In this document: one piece after another, positions 62,990 through 64,000 of the stretch
Layout of the letters: the number at the start of each line of letters is the position of its first letter
Position numbering within the stretch: the stretch's first letter is position 1
Assembly (NCBI GenBank): GCA_964016885.1
Contig: OZ024754.1
Location: 45,322,001 to 45,386,000 of the forward strand
From: Eledone cirrhosa
Taxonomy: Eukaryota
Reading direction: 5' to 3'
DNA length: 64,000 bases
Made by a program: the position numbers and the translations under genes
Notes under the pieces: generated by a model
Database searches by the model: none
Told to the model about the DNA's origin: nothing
Seen by the model: the letters and a program-made list of their open reading frames with translations, nothing else

Positions 62990-63465
62990 CATTTATATAT
63001 GTATGTCTATTTGTATGTATGTAAATATTTATATATTGATGTATGTATGTATGTAGGTAGGAATGTTTATATATTCATGTATCTATATTTATATATCTGT
63101 TTGAGTATATATGTATGCATATATGTATCTTTTCTTCAAAATCGGAAGACAGAAATTTGTACTTAGGTAGCTAAATTATAACAAAAGGGATCTTTTCTCA
63201 AATTCTATACCTTCAATCTCCATAGTGAGACAAATCCAGGAAGGTTTCTGTTCACACCCGCAATATAATGGACGGGATTTAGAGTAGTACTTGCGTAAAA
63301 TAAATTGACCATAATAGCTGTTTTATTTTATGTTCATATCTGTATTTTCTGCATTTTATGGATCTCATATTCAACGATGTTCTTAATGGTAAGAATATAA
63401 CCATTGAGTGAAGTGTCGTAGCCCGAACAACAAAACAATATGAGCTACATATCACAGTATTTCAC

Positions 63466-63523
<58 letters not shown>

Positions 63524-63625
63524 AGGATTTAGCATTTTGTACTTAGAATACGGTGTGCAGGAACAAATACTGAATACTAATCAACGCCGCAAGGGTTCCA
63601 TAACTCCAATGCTTTGGTCAATTAA

Positions 63626-63810
63626 AATAATTGTTTCTACTTTAGGCACAAGGCCAGCAATCACCCAGTGCATTACTGGTACTTTATTTTATCGACCCCG
63701 TAAGGATGAAAGGCAAAGTCAACCTCGGCGGGATTTGAACTCAGATCATATAGGGACGTAACTATGCTGGAAAGCATGGCGTCCGACCCTCTACCGATAC
63801 TCCCAATTCC
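63626..63810 (-). mobile_element. SINE S1 (short subfamily)
   Basis: Reverse complement of the consensus. Confidence 0.92.
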
Positions 63811-64000
63811 AGTTTAATCGTCGAGGTAAGTTCAAATGTTGCACCGAGTGGTGTACCTCACAATATACTGACACCTTAATCAGGAGAGTATTTTTTTCAG
63901 TAAATCATTTATTCCATGGATTTACACACCGCACAGATACGTAAGATTGTCCATGTCGATCCTCTGACTTCAATGCAATTAATACAAATATATCTAATAT

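Overview
AT-rich, repeat-saturated eukaryotic DNA, most likely intronic or intergenic sequence from an octopus (coleoid cephalopod), inferred from the very long (TA)n/(CA)n/(ATC)n tracts and the SINE families present. I find no intact protein-coding gene, RNA gene or CRISPR array. Most long ORFs in the track are microsatellite artefacts (IY/HT/CV/poly-V/poly-I repeats). Recognisable content: (1) about 15 copies of one tRNA-headed SINE, including a young short subfamily; (2) a few decayed copies of a second SINE; (3) decayed R4/Dong-type and RTE-type LINE fragments; (4) a 23-bp x ~41 minisatellite; (5) at least five short element families, unrelated apart from shared motifs, inserted into (TA)n tracts with one common architecture. 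Each insertion consists of two 5'-truncated pieces of the same 3' end joined head-to-head. One piece ends at a distal terminus and the other at a fixed point ~60-100 nt upstream, giving a hairpin when they overlap. Many carry degenerate hammerhead-ribozyme cores (CTGANGA...GAAA) and a shared TATYGAGYNC tail motif. These are best read as Penelope-like element (PLE) ends. The architecture, the co-variation between arms, the cross-family tail motif and a ~430-bp foldback with convergent tRNA-like arms are the most interesting signals. All alignments were made by eye and coordinates are approximate.
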